Assembly (NCBI GenBank): GCA_963745025.1
Contig: CAVUWD010000020.1
Coordinates: 32,001 to 96,000 of the forward strand
Direction: 5' to 3'
Source of the DNA: an uncultured delta proteobacterium
Lineage (GTDB): Bacteria; Desulfobacterota; Binatia; JACPRU01
DNA length: 64,000 nt
The position numbers and the translations under genes are program-made. Under the pieces are notes generated by a model, which was not told the origin of the DNA, did no database searches, and saw only the letters and a list, made by a program, of their open reading frames with translations. This document shows positions 22,355 to 32,168 of the stretch, piece by piece. The stretch's first letter is position 1. Every line of letters starts with the position of its first letter.

Positions 22355-22918
22355 ATGGAGATTCGAAACAAGGTGATCGCGCTGGTGGAGCCGGTACTCG
22401 CAGAGCAGGGACTCGAACTGGTCGACGTCGAGCACCGCCGCGAGGGACGGGGCCAGGTCGTCCGGCTGCTCGTCGACCGCGAGGGCGGAGTCGACCTCGA
22501 CACGCTCTCTCGTCTGAGCCGTGAGCTGTCGGTTCTGCTCGACGTCGAGGAGCCGGTGCCGGGGCCGTACACGCTCGAGGTCTCCTCGCCGGGCATCCAC
22601 CGCCCGCTGCGCAAGCCCGAGCACTTCGTCCCGTATCTCGGCAAGAGCGTGAGGATTCGCAGCCGCGTCGCTCTCGACGGACAACGAAACTTCCGCGGCA
22701 CGCTCGCCACGATCACGGGCGGCGGCGTGACGCTTCGCTTGGACGGAGGATCGGAACGCACGTTGTGCGTTCCGATGCCGACCGACGGGAGGCCGGGTCC
22801 CAGCCGCCCGGAGGGCGGCAAGACCGAGATCTACATCGAGTTCTCGAACATCGAGAAGGCCAACTACGAGCATGAGTTCTCGGCCGCCGACTTCGGCAAG
22901 CGCGCCGTCCCGCGGTGA
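22355..22918 (+). CDS. rimP: Ribosome maturation factor RimP (with internal insert)
   Basis: 'YTLEVSSPGIHRPL'; first gene of the nusA-infB operon. Confidence 0.95.
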   Translation: MEIRNKVIALVEPVLAEQGLELVDVEHRREGRGQVVRLLVDREGGVDLDTLSRLSRELSVLLDVEEPVPGPYTLEVSSPGIHRPLRKPEHFVPYLGKSVRIRSRVALDGQRNFRGTLATITGGGVTLRLDGGSERTLCVPMPTDGRPGPSRPEGGKTEIYIEFSNIEKANYEHEFSAADFGKRAVPR

Positions 22919-22927
22919 GGAGGTCTT

Positions 22928-24499
22928 ATGATCCATCCCGAGGTGGAACGCGTCATCGAGCAAGTGAGCAAGGAGAAAGGGATCAGCAAAGAGCTGGTCA
23001 TGGAAGCCGTCGAGGACTCGATGCGTTCGGCCGCGCGCAAACAGGTCGGGATGCAGTTCAACATCGAGGTGAAGTTCAACCCCGAGGTGAGGGAGCTCGA
23101 GGTCTTCAAGGTCTGGAAGGTCGTTCCGATCGTCAACGATCCCTACATCGAGGTCACGCTCGAAGAAGCGCGCAACCGCTTCGATCCCGAGGCCGAGGTC
23201 GACGACGAGCTGCTCGAGAAGCTCGATCCGAGCTACGGGCGCATCGCCGCGCAAGCGGCCAAGCAGAACTTGATGCAGAGACTTCGTGATGCGGAGCGCG
23301 AGATCATCTTCAACGAGTTCAAGAACCGCAAGGAAGAGATCGTCTCCGGTATCGTCACGCGCTTCGAGCGCAAGAATCTCATCGTCCAGCTGCGCCCGAA
23401 CGTCGACGCGATCCTGCCCGAGAAGGAGCAGATCCCGCGCGAGCGCTACCGGCCGCAGGACCGCATCCGCGCCTACGTGCTCGACGTCGACATGACGAGC
23501 AAGGGACCGCAGATCGTGCTCTCGCGCACGCACCCGGGCTTTTTGAAGAAGGCCTTCGAACAGGAAGTGCCCGAGATCTACGAAGGGATCGTCGAGATCA
23601 AGGCGGTGGCGCGCGAGCCCGGAGGCCGCGCCAAGATCGCCGTCGCCTCCAACGACACCGACGTCGATCCAGTCGGCGCTTGCGTGGGCATGAAAGGCAC
23701 CCGCGTGCAGGCGGTCGTGCAGGAGCTTCGCGGCGAGAAGATCGACATCGTCCCTTGGACGCCCGATCCCGCCGAGTTCGTCTGCCGCGCGCTCGCCCCC
23801 GCCAAGGTCGCGAAAATTATCATGGACGAAGACGACCGGGGCATGGAAGTCATCGTTCCCGACGACCAGCTCTCGCTCGCCATCGGCAAGAAGGGCCAGA
23901 ACGTGCGACTCGCGTCGCGCTTGACGGGCTGGAAGCTCGACATCCGCAGCGAAGCCGAGGCCGAGGAAGAGCAGCGGCGCGTGCGCGCTTCGCTGATCGC
24001 GATCCCGGGCGTCGGCGACGTTACTGCCGAATATCTGCTGCAGGAGGGATTCAAGTCCGCCGAGGAAGTCGCCGAGTCGGATCTCGAGACCCTCGTCGAG
24101 ATCGAAGGGATCGGGCCAGAGCGGGCTGAGGCAGTGTTGCAGGCGGCCCAGGAGCATGTCGAAGCGCTGCGCAAGGCCGAAGCCGAAGCGGCCGCAGCAG
24201 CGGCAGCGGAGGAAGCCGAGCGCGTTCGCAGCGTGTTGAAGACGCTCGAGGGGGTCGATGATTCGGCTGCAGACAAGCTGGTGGCAGCGGGTCTCAATTC
24301 GATCGAGGCGGTGAGTCAGGCGGGGGCGGGCAAGATCGCTGCCGTTCTCGAGCTCGCTGCCGAAGACGCGCAGCGAATCGCCACCGCGGCGACAGCGGTC
24401 GCCGAAGCCGCGCGACAGGCGGCCGCGGCGGCGGCGGCCGACGCGGCCGCGGCCGCCGAAGGAGAGGTGGTCGCCAATTCGACGGGAGGGAATGAGTGA
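22928..24499 (+). CDS. nusA: Transcription termination factor NusA with C-terminal HhH and Ala-rich extension
   Basis: 'AREPGGRAKIAV', 'DPVGACVGMKG' and 'LAIGKKGQNVRLAS'. Confidence 0.97.
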   Translation: MIHPEVERVIEQVSKEKGISKELVMEAVEDSMRSAARKQVGMQFNIEVKFNPEVRELEVFKVWKVVPIVNDPYIEVTLEEARNRFDPEAEVDDELLEKLDPSYGRIAAQAAKQNLMQRLRDAEREIIFNEFKNRKEEIVSGIVTRFERKNLIVQLRPNVDAILPEKEQIPRERYRPQDRIRAYVLDVDMTSKGPQIVLSRTHPGFLKKAFEQEVPEIYEGIVEIKAVAREPGGRAKIAVASNDTDVDPVGACVGMKGTRVQAVVQELRGEKIDIVPWTPDPAEFVCRALAPAKVAKIIMDEDDRGMEVIVPDDQLSLAIGKKGQNVRLASRLTGWKLDIRSEAEAEEEQRRVRASLIAIPGVGDVTAEYLLQEGFKSAEEVAESDLETLVEIEGIGPERAEAVLQAAQEHVEALRKAEAEAAAAAAAEEAERVRSVLKTLEGVDDSAADKLVAAGLNSIEAVSQAGAGKIAAVLELAAEDAQRIATAATAVAEAARQAAAAAAADAAAAAEGEVVANSTGGNE

Positions 24500-24765
24500 G
24501 CCAGCGAACCGCGCGCGTGCCGACTCGGTCTTGTGCGGGTTGCAACGGGCGAGACTCGCAGCCATGCCTCGCACGCTTCACGCTCGTCGAGGGGCGGCTC
24601 GCTTGGGATCCCACCCGGCGGCGGCCTGGCCGCGGCGCGTACCTCCATCTGCAACGCGAATGCCTCGATGCGTTTTTGTCGCGCAAGCCGTTCCTGCGAT
24701 CGCTACGCGCGTCGGTGTCACCTGCCGAGCGAGCACGGCTCGTCTCCGAACGTTCGGTGAGCTAG
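24496..24765 (+). CDS. ylxR: YlxR (DUF448) RNA-binding protein
   Basis: 'PTRSCAGC' and 'GRGAYL'; position between nusA and infB. Confidence 0.8.
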   Translation: MSQRTARVPTRSCAGCNGRDSQPCLARFTLVEGRLAWDPTRRRPGRGAYLHLQRECLDAFLSRKPFLRSLRASVSPAERARLVSERSVS

Positions 24766-24775
24766 GGTAATCGAG

Positions 24776-27467
24776 ATGGCGAAGAAAACCGTTTCTGAGG
24801 TTGCCAAAGAGCTGGGGATCGAGCGCAAGGACCTCATCGGCTACCTCGAGAAGCAGGGCAAGACCAAAGTCACCGCGAAGACGACGCTTGCCGAGGACGA
24901 AGTCGAGCGGGCGAAGGAAAATCTGGGCCTCGGGCCGAAGCCGCAAGTGCGCATCGGCGAGGAGCGCGTGGTCGCCGACAACGTCGTCAGTGAATCCGGA
25001 GGGACGACTCGTGAGCGCGTCACCGAGCTGCGCACGACAGGCACGCTGATTCGCCGGCGCAAGGTCCGAGAAGAAATCGCGAGGGAGCCAACGCACGAGT
25101 TGCCCTCGGAGGGCGATGCGCTGTCGCTTCCCGCGGAGATGATCGGTGAGATGAGCGAGGATCTTCCCCCGCTTCCTCCCGAGGCGCCGATCGCTCCGCC
25201 GCCACCCGAAGTCATTGCTCCGCTCGAGCCGCCGACCGCCGAGGCGAGGCCGGAACTCCCTCCCGAGCCGGCACCGGTCGTCACTGCCAAACCTCCTGGC
25301 CCGGCGGCGCCGCCGCAGCCGAGCACGGCTGCGCCCGCTCCGACGGAGACCACGATGCGTTCGGCGCGTGTGCTCGGCCGCATCGATCTTCGCAAAGTCG
25401 AGCCGCCGCCGCGGCCTACGGCCCGGCCCGGCGGCTGCGCCGACGGACGCCGAGCGTCGCGGCCGGCCGGACATCGCGCCGAAGCCTGCGGCTCCCGCCG
25501 AAGAGGAGTCGAAGGACCGCAAGGGTCGGAAGAAGCTCAAGGTCATCAAAAAGGACCCCCTCGAAACCGAGCGCGACTACCGCGGCGGTCGCATGCCGAA
25601 GAAGAAGCGGGCGCTTCCCGGCAAGGAACAGAAGAGGACGGAAATCACCGTCCCGAAGGCGAGCAAGCGTGTGATCCGCATCTCGAACATGGTGCCGGTC
25701 GGCGAGCTCGCCAAGCAGATGGGGGTCAAGGGTGGCGAAGTCCTGAGGAAGCTCATGGACCTCGGCATGATGGCCACGATTACCCAACAGCTCGATTTCG
25801 AGACCGCGACGCTCGTCGCGCAGGACTTCGAGTACCTCGTCGAAAACGTCGCCTTCGACGCCGAGTCGGCGATCGAGATGGAGCACGAGAGCGACGAGGG
25901 GGCGGAACCCAAGTCGTCGCGCCCACCGGTCGTTACGATCATGGGGCACGTCGACCACGGCAAGACCTCGCTGCTCGATGCGATCCGCAAGACCAACGTC
26001 ACCGAGGGCGAGGCGGGGGGCATCACGCAACACATCGGCGCCTACAGCGTGACCTGGAATGATCGCCGAATCACGTTCGTCGACACGCCGGGCCACGAAG
26101 CGTTCACCGCGATGCGCGCTCGCGGCGCGAAGGTGACGGACATCGTCGTGCTGGTGGTTGCCGCCGATGATGGCGTCATGCCGCAGACGATCGAGGCGAT
26201 CTCCCACGCGCGCGCAGCGAAGGTGCCGATCATCGTTGCGGTCAACAAGATCGACAAGCCCGGCGCCGATCTCGAACGCGTCAAGCGCGAGCTCGCCAAT
26301 CATGGCCTCGCAGCCGAGGACTGGGGCGGCGACACCTCGATCGTAGCGGTCTCTGCCAAGACGCAGCAGGGCATTCCCGACCTGCTCGAGATGATCCTGC
26401 TCCAAGCCGACGTCCTCGAGCTCAGCGCCAACCCCACGAAGCTCACCCGCGGCGTGATCATCGAGGCCAAGCTCGAGCGCGGGCGCGGGCCGGTCGCGAC
26501 CGTGCTGATCCAGGAAGGAACGCTGCACGCGGGCGATCCGTTCGTCTGCGGCACGCAATACGGACGCGTACGCGCGATGATGGACGAGAACGGTCAGAAG
26601 CTCGAAGAAGCGGGACCCTCCACTCCGGTGGAGATCCTCGGTCTCGGCGGCGTGCCGGAGGCCGGGGACGTCTTCAGCGCGGTCGGCGACGAGGCCACGG
26701 CGCGCCAGGTGGCGAGCGCTCGGCTCGACAAAAAGCGCCAAGCGCAGCTTTCGACCACCAGCAGGGTCTCGCTCGAGGAGCTCTACGACAAGATCAAGGC
26801 GGGCGAGGCCAAGGAGCTGCGCGTGATTCTGAAGGCCGACGTGCAGGGCTCCGTCGAGGCGGTGCAGAAGGCACTCGGCCTGTTGTCGACCGACGAGGTG
26901 AAGCTCAACGTGCTGCACGCCTCGGTGGGCGGCGTCTCGGAGAGCGACGTGCTGCTGGCGTCTGCATCGAAGGCGATCATCATCGGATTCAACATCCGCC
27001 CCGAGTCGAAGGCGTCGGAACTCGCCGATCGCGAGGGTGTGGACATTCGGCTCTACACGATCATCTACGAGGCACTGAACGACATGCGCTCCGCGCTCGA
27101 GGGGATGCTCGCCCCGACGCTTCGCGAGAAGGTTCTCGGCCGCGCCGAGGTCCGTCAGCCCTTCCCGATTCCCGGCGTCGGCACCATCGCCGGCTCCCTC
27201 GTGAGCGAAGGCAAGATCGCACGATCCTCCCGCGTACGGTTGGTGCGCGACAGCGTTCCCGTCTACGAAGGCAAGATCGCGAGCCTGCGTCGGTTCAAGG
27301 ATGACGTCCGCGAGGTTACCTCGGGCCTGGAGTGTGGCATCGGGCTCGAGAATTTCAACGACGTAAAGGCGGGCGACGTCATCGAGGCGTTCGAGGTCGA
27401 AGAGATCGCGCGCCGCCTCGCGCCGCCGTCGCAACGCGCGGGCGCGCAAGCGGAACGCACGGCGTGA
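24776..27467 (+). CDS. infB: Translation initiation factor IF-2 (one apparent frameshift near 25427)
   Basis: N-terminus in ORF 24776.., G-domain 'MGHVDHGKT', 'DTPGHEAF' and 'NKID' in ORF ..27467; the frames join in the Pro-rich linker. Confidence 0.95.
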
Positions 27468-27470
27468 TGA

Positions 27471-27546
27471 ACGGCTGCCGACTACCGGCTACCGGCTACC
27501 GGAAAGGCACCGCGGAGTCTTTGCCGGAAGCCGGAAGCCGGTAGCC
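27471..27546. repeat. Heptamer palindromic element, copy C
   Basis: acggctgccgactaccggctaccggctaccggaaagg...ctttgccggaagccggaagccggtagcc. Confidence 0.85.
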
Positions 27547-27558
27547 CAGGGGCGTGTC

Positions 27559-27846
27559 GTGGTGGTGGGCGTCTTGCGCCTCATCGTCTACATCCCCGAG
27601 AACCACTCGCTGAAGGGCAAGCGCGGGATGCTACGCAAGATCAAGGCGCAGGTCTCCAATAACTTCAACGTGTCGATTTCGGAGTGCGACGATCAGGATC
27701 TCTGGCAGCGTGCCACGCTCGGCGTGAGCCACGTGGGCACCGACGAGGGACAAGTCGACGGCAGTCTCCGGGCGGTCGTGAAGTTCATCGAAGGTCTCGG
27801 GCTGGTCGAAGTGGGGGAGGAGAAGTTGGAGTTCTTACACTACTGA
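27559..27846 (+). CDS. DUF503 (YlxP) family protein
   Basis: 'HSLKGKR', 'FNVSISE..QDLWQ'; position between infB and rbfA. Confidence 0.9.
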   Translation: MVVGVLRLIVYIPENHSLKGKRGMLRKIKAQVSNNFNVSISECDDQDLWQRATLGVSHVGTDEGQVDGSLRAVVKFIEGLGLVEVGEEKLEFLHY

Positions 27847-27848
27847 CG

Positions 27849-27928
27849 AACGGCTACCGGCTTCCGACTACCGGCTACCGCGAGAGACTTCACGAATCCT
27901 TTCCGGTAGCCTGTAGCCGGTAGCCGTT
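27849..27928. repeat. Heptamer palindromic element, copy D
   Basis: aacggctaccggcttccgactaccggctaccg...ccggtagcctgtagccggtagccgtt. Confidence 0.85.
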
Positions 27929-27934
27929 TCCCCC

Positions 27935-28288
27935 ATGTCCCGTCGTGCCGAACGCTTCTCCGACTTGCTGCTCGAGACGCTGTCGGAGCTACTCTTGCGC
28001 GAGGTCAAAGATCCACGCATCGGCACCGTCACGCTGACGCGGGTGAGCGTCGCGGACGACCTTCGTCAGGCCCGGGTCGGCTACTGCACGCTCGGCGACG
28101 CCTCCGCACGAGCGCGAGCCCAGAAGGGGCTCGAGAGCGCCGCGCGATTCATGCAGGGCAAGGTCGCGCGGTTGCTGCGCATGCGCTACGCCCCGGAGAT
28201 TCACTTCGAGTACGACGACGCCTTCGAGAAGGCCGACGAGGTCGACCGCCTTTTGAAGGGCGTGCGTCCCGAAAATGAGCCGGAATAG
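27935..28288 (+). CDS. rbfA: Ribosome-binding factor A
   Basis: 'VKDPRI', 'DDLRQA' and 'MRYAPEIHFEYD'. Confidence 0.95.
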   Translation: MSRRAERFSDLLLETLSELLLREVKDPRIGTVTLTRVSVADDLRQARVGYCTLGDASARARAQKGLESAARFMQGKVARLLRMRYAPEIHFEYDDAFEKADEVDRLLKGVRPENEPE

Positions 28289-29195
28289 GGCATCGCTCGA
28301 CGGGATCTTGCTGATCGATAAGCCCGCCGGCCTGACCTCGGCCGGGGTGGTCCGCGAGGTCAAACGGCGACTCGGCGTGTCGAAGGTCGGGCACTTGGGA
28401 ACGCTCGATCCCTTTGCCACCGGCCTCTTGCCGTTGGCGGTCGGCGAAGGCGCCAAGGCCGTACCCTTCCTGAACCGAGAACAGAAGGCTTACACCGGCA
28501 CGATCACGCTCGGCCGCGCGACCGACACGCTGGATTCGACGGGCGAGACGACTGAGACGGCGGCGGTGTTGCCGTTGACGACGGAGCGACTGGAGGAAGC
28601 GGCGAAGCGCTTTCGCGGCGAGATCGAGCAGATTCCGCCGATGTTCTCCGCGCTGAAGCGCTCCGGCGTGCCACTCTACAAGCTTGCGCGGAAAGGGGTC
28701 GAGCTCGAGCTCGACCCCCGCAAGGTACGCATCGACTCACTCTCGCTCGCCTTCGCTACCGACGGCGCACTTGCGTTATCGGTCCGTTGCTCGAAGGGGA
28801 CCTATGTTCGCTCGCTTGCGCGCGACATCGCGCGAGCTCTCGGCACTGTCGGTCACCTCTCTTCGCTCCGGCGTACCCAATTTGGTCCCTTCGAGTTGTC
28901 AAACGCCGTACCGCTCGACGGGGTTTCGGCCGCGGCGACGGTGCCGATCGTCACGCCGCGTGAGGCACTGTCAGGCATGCGCGAGCTCGAGGCCGGTGAA
29001 CGGCTCGTCGGCGAGATTCGCCTCGGTCAGCAATGGGGCTTGGCTGGGCTTGCGGATGCCCGGGCTCAGGGTGAGACAGCCAAGGTCGTGAGTCCGCGGG
29101 GGGAGCTGGTGGCAATCGTCACCGCCGGAGCAGGCGGATGGAGGATTCTCCGCGTGTTTCCCGAGCCCGCCGGGGCTTGTGACCCCCGCTTGTGA
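28275..29195 (+). CDS. truB: tRNA pseudouridine(55) synthase
   Basis: 'KVGHLGTLDPFATG', 'PPMFSALK' and 'CSKGTYVRSL'. Confidence 0.97.
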   Translation: MSRNRASLDGILLIDKPAGLTSAGVVREVKRRLGVSKVGHLGTLDPFATGLLPLAVGEGAKAVPFLNREQKAYTGTITLGRATDTLDSTGETTETAAVLPLTTERLEEAAKRFRGEIEQIPPMFSALKRSGVPLYKLARKGVELELDPRKVRIDSLSLAFATDGALALSVRCSKGTYVRSLARDIARALGTVGHLSSLRRTQFGPFELSNAVPLDGVSAAATVPIVTPREALSGMRELEAGERLVGEIRLGQQWGLAGLADARAQGETAKVVSPRGELVAIVTAGAGGWRILRVFPEPAGACDPRL

Positions 29196-29202
29196 CCCGC
29201 TC

Positions 29203-29232
29203 TTGACAGTTTGCGAAGCCCGTCGTTAGGGT
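29203..29232 (+). promoter_or_regulatory. Putative sigma70 promoter about 430 nt upstream of rny
   Basis: TTGACA (29203-08), 18 nt, TAGGGT (29227-32). Confidence 0.5.
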
Positions 29233-29239
29233 GCTTAAC

Positions 29240-29655
29240 TGTAGATCGTTCGAAGCACCCTTCGAGCGCATACAGCCTCGAGGCTCGAGACGAGGACAGG
29301 GAGATACACCGAAGACCCACGATACGACATCCATAATCGGGAGCACGGCGGACACAGTTTTCTATTTTTGGCGTCGGTAAAACGGTCGATATCAGCTTGA
29401 AGATACCGGAAATCAGCAAAGAATTAGCGGAAATGGGGACTCCAGTCATACGCGAAGCGATGGTCGTACGACTCGACGAGAACGTGCTGCTGGCAGCGAA
29501 CCATGCCGATCCACGGCGATCGGGCCGCCCCTTGCAATCGAACCGGACCGGTTGAGGCCTTCCGACCCTAAGCACCTCGCTCGCGTTCATCTCGCCGTCT
29601 CTCCCCCAAAATAGGGCCTGACCCCAAGGCCCTGAAGCTGTGTTTTTCTCCGAAG
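29240..29655 (+). ncRNA. Candidate structured RNA or long 5' leader of rny
   Basis: Nested long-range complementarity, e.g. 29352-61/29634-43, 29362-68/29608-14 and 29373-77/29562-66; lower GC than flanks; no long sense ORF. Confidence 0.45.
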
Positions 29656-29664
29656 GGAGGAGAG

Positions 29665-31227
29665 TTGAGTCTTCTAGAAATCGTCGTCGCATCATTGATT
29701 CTCGCAGGCGCGCTCGCCTTCGCGATCGACTGGCTCCGGCAGAAGAGCCGCTCCTCGGAGGCGGAGCAGGCGAGCTCCACCGCTCTGCGCATTCTCGATG
29801 AGGCCCGTAAGGAATCGGAAGTCGTCCGCAAGGAGGCACAGGTCCAGGCGAAGGACATCGTTCTGAACGCGCAGCAAGTGGCTGAGCGAGAGATCAAGGA
29901 GCGCCGTAGCGAGATCCAGCAGATCGAGAAGCGCATTCAGGGCAAGGAAGAAGCGATCGAGAAGCGTCTCCAGTCGCTCGAAGCTCGCGATCTCGAGAAT
30001 ACGCGTCGCGAGACGGCGGCCCGCGAGCGCGAGGCGAAGATTGCCGAGCGAGAGCGCGAGCAGGCGGAACTCGTCCGACAGACTCGGGAACGTCTCGAGC
30101 AGGTCGCCGCGATGACCCGCGAGGAGGCCAAGCGGACGCTTCTCGACGATATGCTGGGGGAGGCCCGCCACGAGGCGGCAAAGAAGATCCGCCAGGTCGA
30201 GGAGGAGGCGAAGCAGGAGGCCGAACGCAAGGCCAAGAAGATCATTTCGATCGCCATCGAGCGGCTGGCCGGTGACTTCGTCGCCGAGCGCACCGTGACG
30301 GTCGTGCCGATCCCTTCCGACGACATGAAGGGGCGCATCATCGGCCGCGAAGGCAGAAACATCCGCGCAATCGAGGCGGCGACCGGCGTCGATCTGATCA
30401 TCGACGACACGCCGGAGGCGGTGGTGGTGTCCTGTCACAACCCCATCCGCCGGGAGATCGCGCGTCTGGCGCTGCAGCGGCTGATCTCCGACGGGCGCAT
30501 TCATCCGGGCCGCATCGAGGACGTGGTTCGCAAGGCCGAGCAGGAGCTCGACGGCAACATCCGCGAGATCGGCCAGAAGGCGGTCTTCGAAGTCGGCATC
30601 CACGGTGTCCATCCCGAGCTCGTCAGGCTTCTCGGTATGCTCAAGTATCGCTACAGCTACGCCCAGAACGTCCTCCAGCATTCGCTCGAGGCGGCGTTCA
30701 TCTGCGGGGCGATGGCGGCCGAGCTCGGCCTCAACGAGAAGCAAGCGCGGCGCGCGGCGCTGCTACACGACATCGGCAAGGCGCTCACACACGAGGTCGA
30801 GGGCTCGCACGCGATCATCGGCGCCGAGATCGCGCGCAAGTACGGCGAGTCTGCCAAGATCGTCAACGCAATCGCCGCCCACCACGAGGAGGTTCGCGCC
30901 GAGACCATCTTGGCGCCGCTGGTCGACGCCGCTGATGCGCTCTCCGGAGCGCGCCCGGGTGCCCGGCGCGAGGTGCTGGAGAGCTACGTGAAGCGGCTGG
31001 ACGATCTCGAGCGAATCTCCACGTCGTTCAAGGGCGTCGAGAAGGCATTCGCCGTGCAGGCCGGGCGGGAGATCCGCATCATCGTTGAGCCGGCCGCGGT
31101 CGACGACGATCAGGCGCTGCTCCTCGCCCGCGACGTTGCACGCAAGATCGAGAGCGAGATGACCTATCCCGGCCAGATCAAGGTCACGGTGATTCGCGAG
31201 ATGCGGGCCTCGGAGATGGCGCGGTGA
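29665..31227 (+). CDS. rny: Ribonuclease Y
   Basis: N-terminal TM and coiled coil, KH 'KGRIIGREGRNIR', HD 'LLHDIGK'; GGAGGAG RBS before TTG. Confidence 0.98.
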   Translation: MSLLEIVVASLILAGALAFAIDWLRQKSRSSEAEQASSTALRILDEARKESEVVRKEAQVQAKDIVLNAQQVAEREIKERRSEIQQIEKRIQGKEEAIEKRLQSLEARDLENTRRETAAREREAKIAEREREQAELVRQTRERLEQVAAMTREEAKRTLLDDMLGEARHEAAKKIRQVEEEAKQEAERKAKKIISIAIERLAGDFVAERTVTVVPIPSDDMKGRIIGREGRNIRAIEAATGVDLIIDDTPEAVVVSCHNPIRREIARLALQRLISDGRIHPGRIEDVVRKAEQELDGNIREIGQKAVFEVGIHGVHPELVRLLGMLKYRYSYAQNVLQHSLEAAFICGAMAAELGLNEKQARRAALLHDIGKALTHEVEGSHAIIGAEIARKYGESAKIVNAIAAHHEEVRAETILAPLVDAADALSGARPGARREVLESYVKRLDDLERISTSFKGVEKAFAVQAGREIRIIVEPAAVDDDQALLLARDVARKIESEMTYPGQIKVTVIREMRASEMAR

Positions 31228-31232
31228 GAGCG

Positions 31233-31298
31233 TACCGGCTACCGACTACCGGCTACCGCAAAAGAAGGCAGGAGGTTTTTACCGGTAGCCGGTAGCCG
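31233..31298. repeat. Heptamer palindromic element, copy E
   Basis: taccggctaccgactaccggctaccgcaaaag...accggtagccggtagccg. Confidence 0.85.
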
Positions 31299-31306
31299 AT
31301 TTTTCT

Positions 31307-32086
31307 ATGAAGATCCTCTTCTTCGGAGACGTCGTCGGAAAGCCCGGCCGGCTGGCCTTGAAGTTGCGCGCCCAGGCGCTTGCCGAGAGCGAGGGTGCCG
31401 ACCTGCTCGTCGCCAACAGCGAGAACTCGAGCGGCGGCATCGGCGTCGACCCCGGAAGTGCCCGGGAGCTCTTTTCGACCGGCATCCACGTGCTCACCTC
31501 GGGCAACCACGTCTGGCACCGTAAAGAGATCTACGATTACCTCGATGCCTCGGATCGGCTGCTCCGCCCCGCCAATTTTGCCCCGGGAGTGCCCGGGCGG
31601 GGATGGTCGGTGTACGAGACGGCAAAGGGCCCGGTCGCGGTGCTGAACCTGATCGGCCGGGTCTTCATGGCCCCCGCCGACTGCCCGTTCCGCGCCGCAG
31701 ACGCGATCCTCGAGCGGATCGGCACGCGCGCGCGCGTGATCCTCGTCGACATGCATGCCGAGGCGACTTCCGAGAAGATGGGGATGGGACGCTACCTCGA
31801 CGGGCGGGTATCGGCGGTGGTCGGCAGCCACACGCACGTCCAGACCGCGGACGAGATGGTGTTGCCCGGCGGCACGGCATACATCACCGATACCGGAATG
31901 TGCGGGCCGCTCGATTCGGTGATCGGCATGCGTACCGAGCAGGTCCTCAAGCGCTTCGTCGATCAGCTGCCCGTGCGCTATGACGTGGGCGAGGGCGCCC
32001 CGCTTCTGCAGGCGGTGGCGATCGACGTCGACGAGACGACCGGCAAAGCACGGGGAATCAAGCGGATTCGCGAGGTGCTCAAATGA
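31307..32086 (+). CDS. ymdB: YmdB/TIGR00282 metallophosphoesterase
   Basis: 'GDVVGKPG', 'TSGNHVW', '[10 protein letters not shown]' and '[10 protein letters not shown]'; follows rny. Confidence 0.92.
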   Translation: MKILFFGDVVGKPGRLALKLRAQALAESEGADLLVANSENSSGGIGVDPGSARELFSTGIHVLTSGNHVWHRKEIYDYLDASDRLLRPANFAPGVPGRGWSVYETAKGPVAVLNLIGRVFMAPADCPFRAADAILERIGTRARVILVDMHAEATSEKMGMGRYLDGRVSAVVGSHTHVQTADEMVLPGGTAYITDTGMCGPLDSVIGMRTEQVLKRFVDQLPVRYDVGEGAPLLQAVAIDVDETTGKARGIKRIREVLK

Positions 32087-32089
32087 AGA

Positions 32090-32161
32090 ACGGCTACCGG
32101 CTACCGACTGCCGGCTACCGCAAAGGAAATCGCGGAGTCTTTGCCGGAAGCCGGTCGCCGT
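32090..32161. repeat. Heptamer palindromic element, copy F
   Basis: acggctaccggctaccgactgccggctaccgcaaagg...ctttgccggaagccggtcgccgt. Confidence 0.85.
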
Positions 32162-32168
32162 GTTGCCC

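Noticed and set aside
24170-24460. Ala-rich GCC/GCG repeats in nusA
   Set aside because: Low-complexity protein linkers, not a DNA repeat element.
25400-25450. Programmed frameshift in infB
   Set aside because: No slippery heptamer is present; one extra base in a GC run is best explained as a sequencing error, given other indels in the window.
29433-29555. 40-aa uORF containing 'DENVLLAA', reminiscent of a tmRNA tag
   Set aside because: No stop follows the AA codons, and there is no tRNA-like 5' end, T-arm or 3' CCA; not tmRNA. A uORF role is unsupported.
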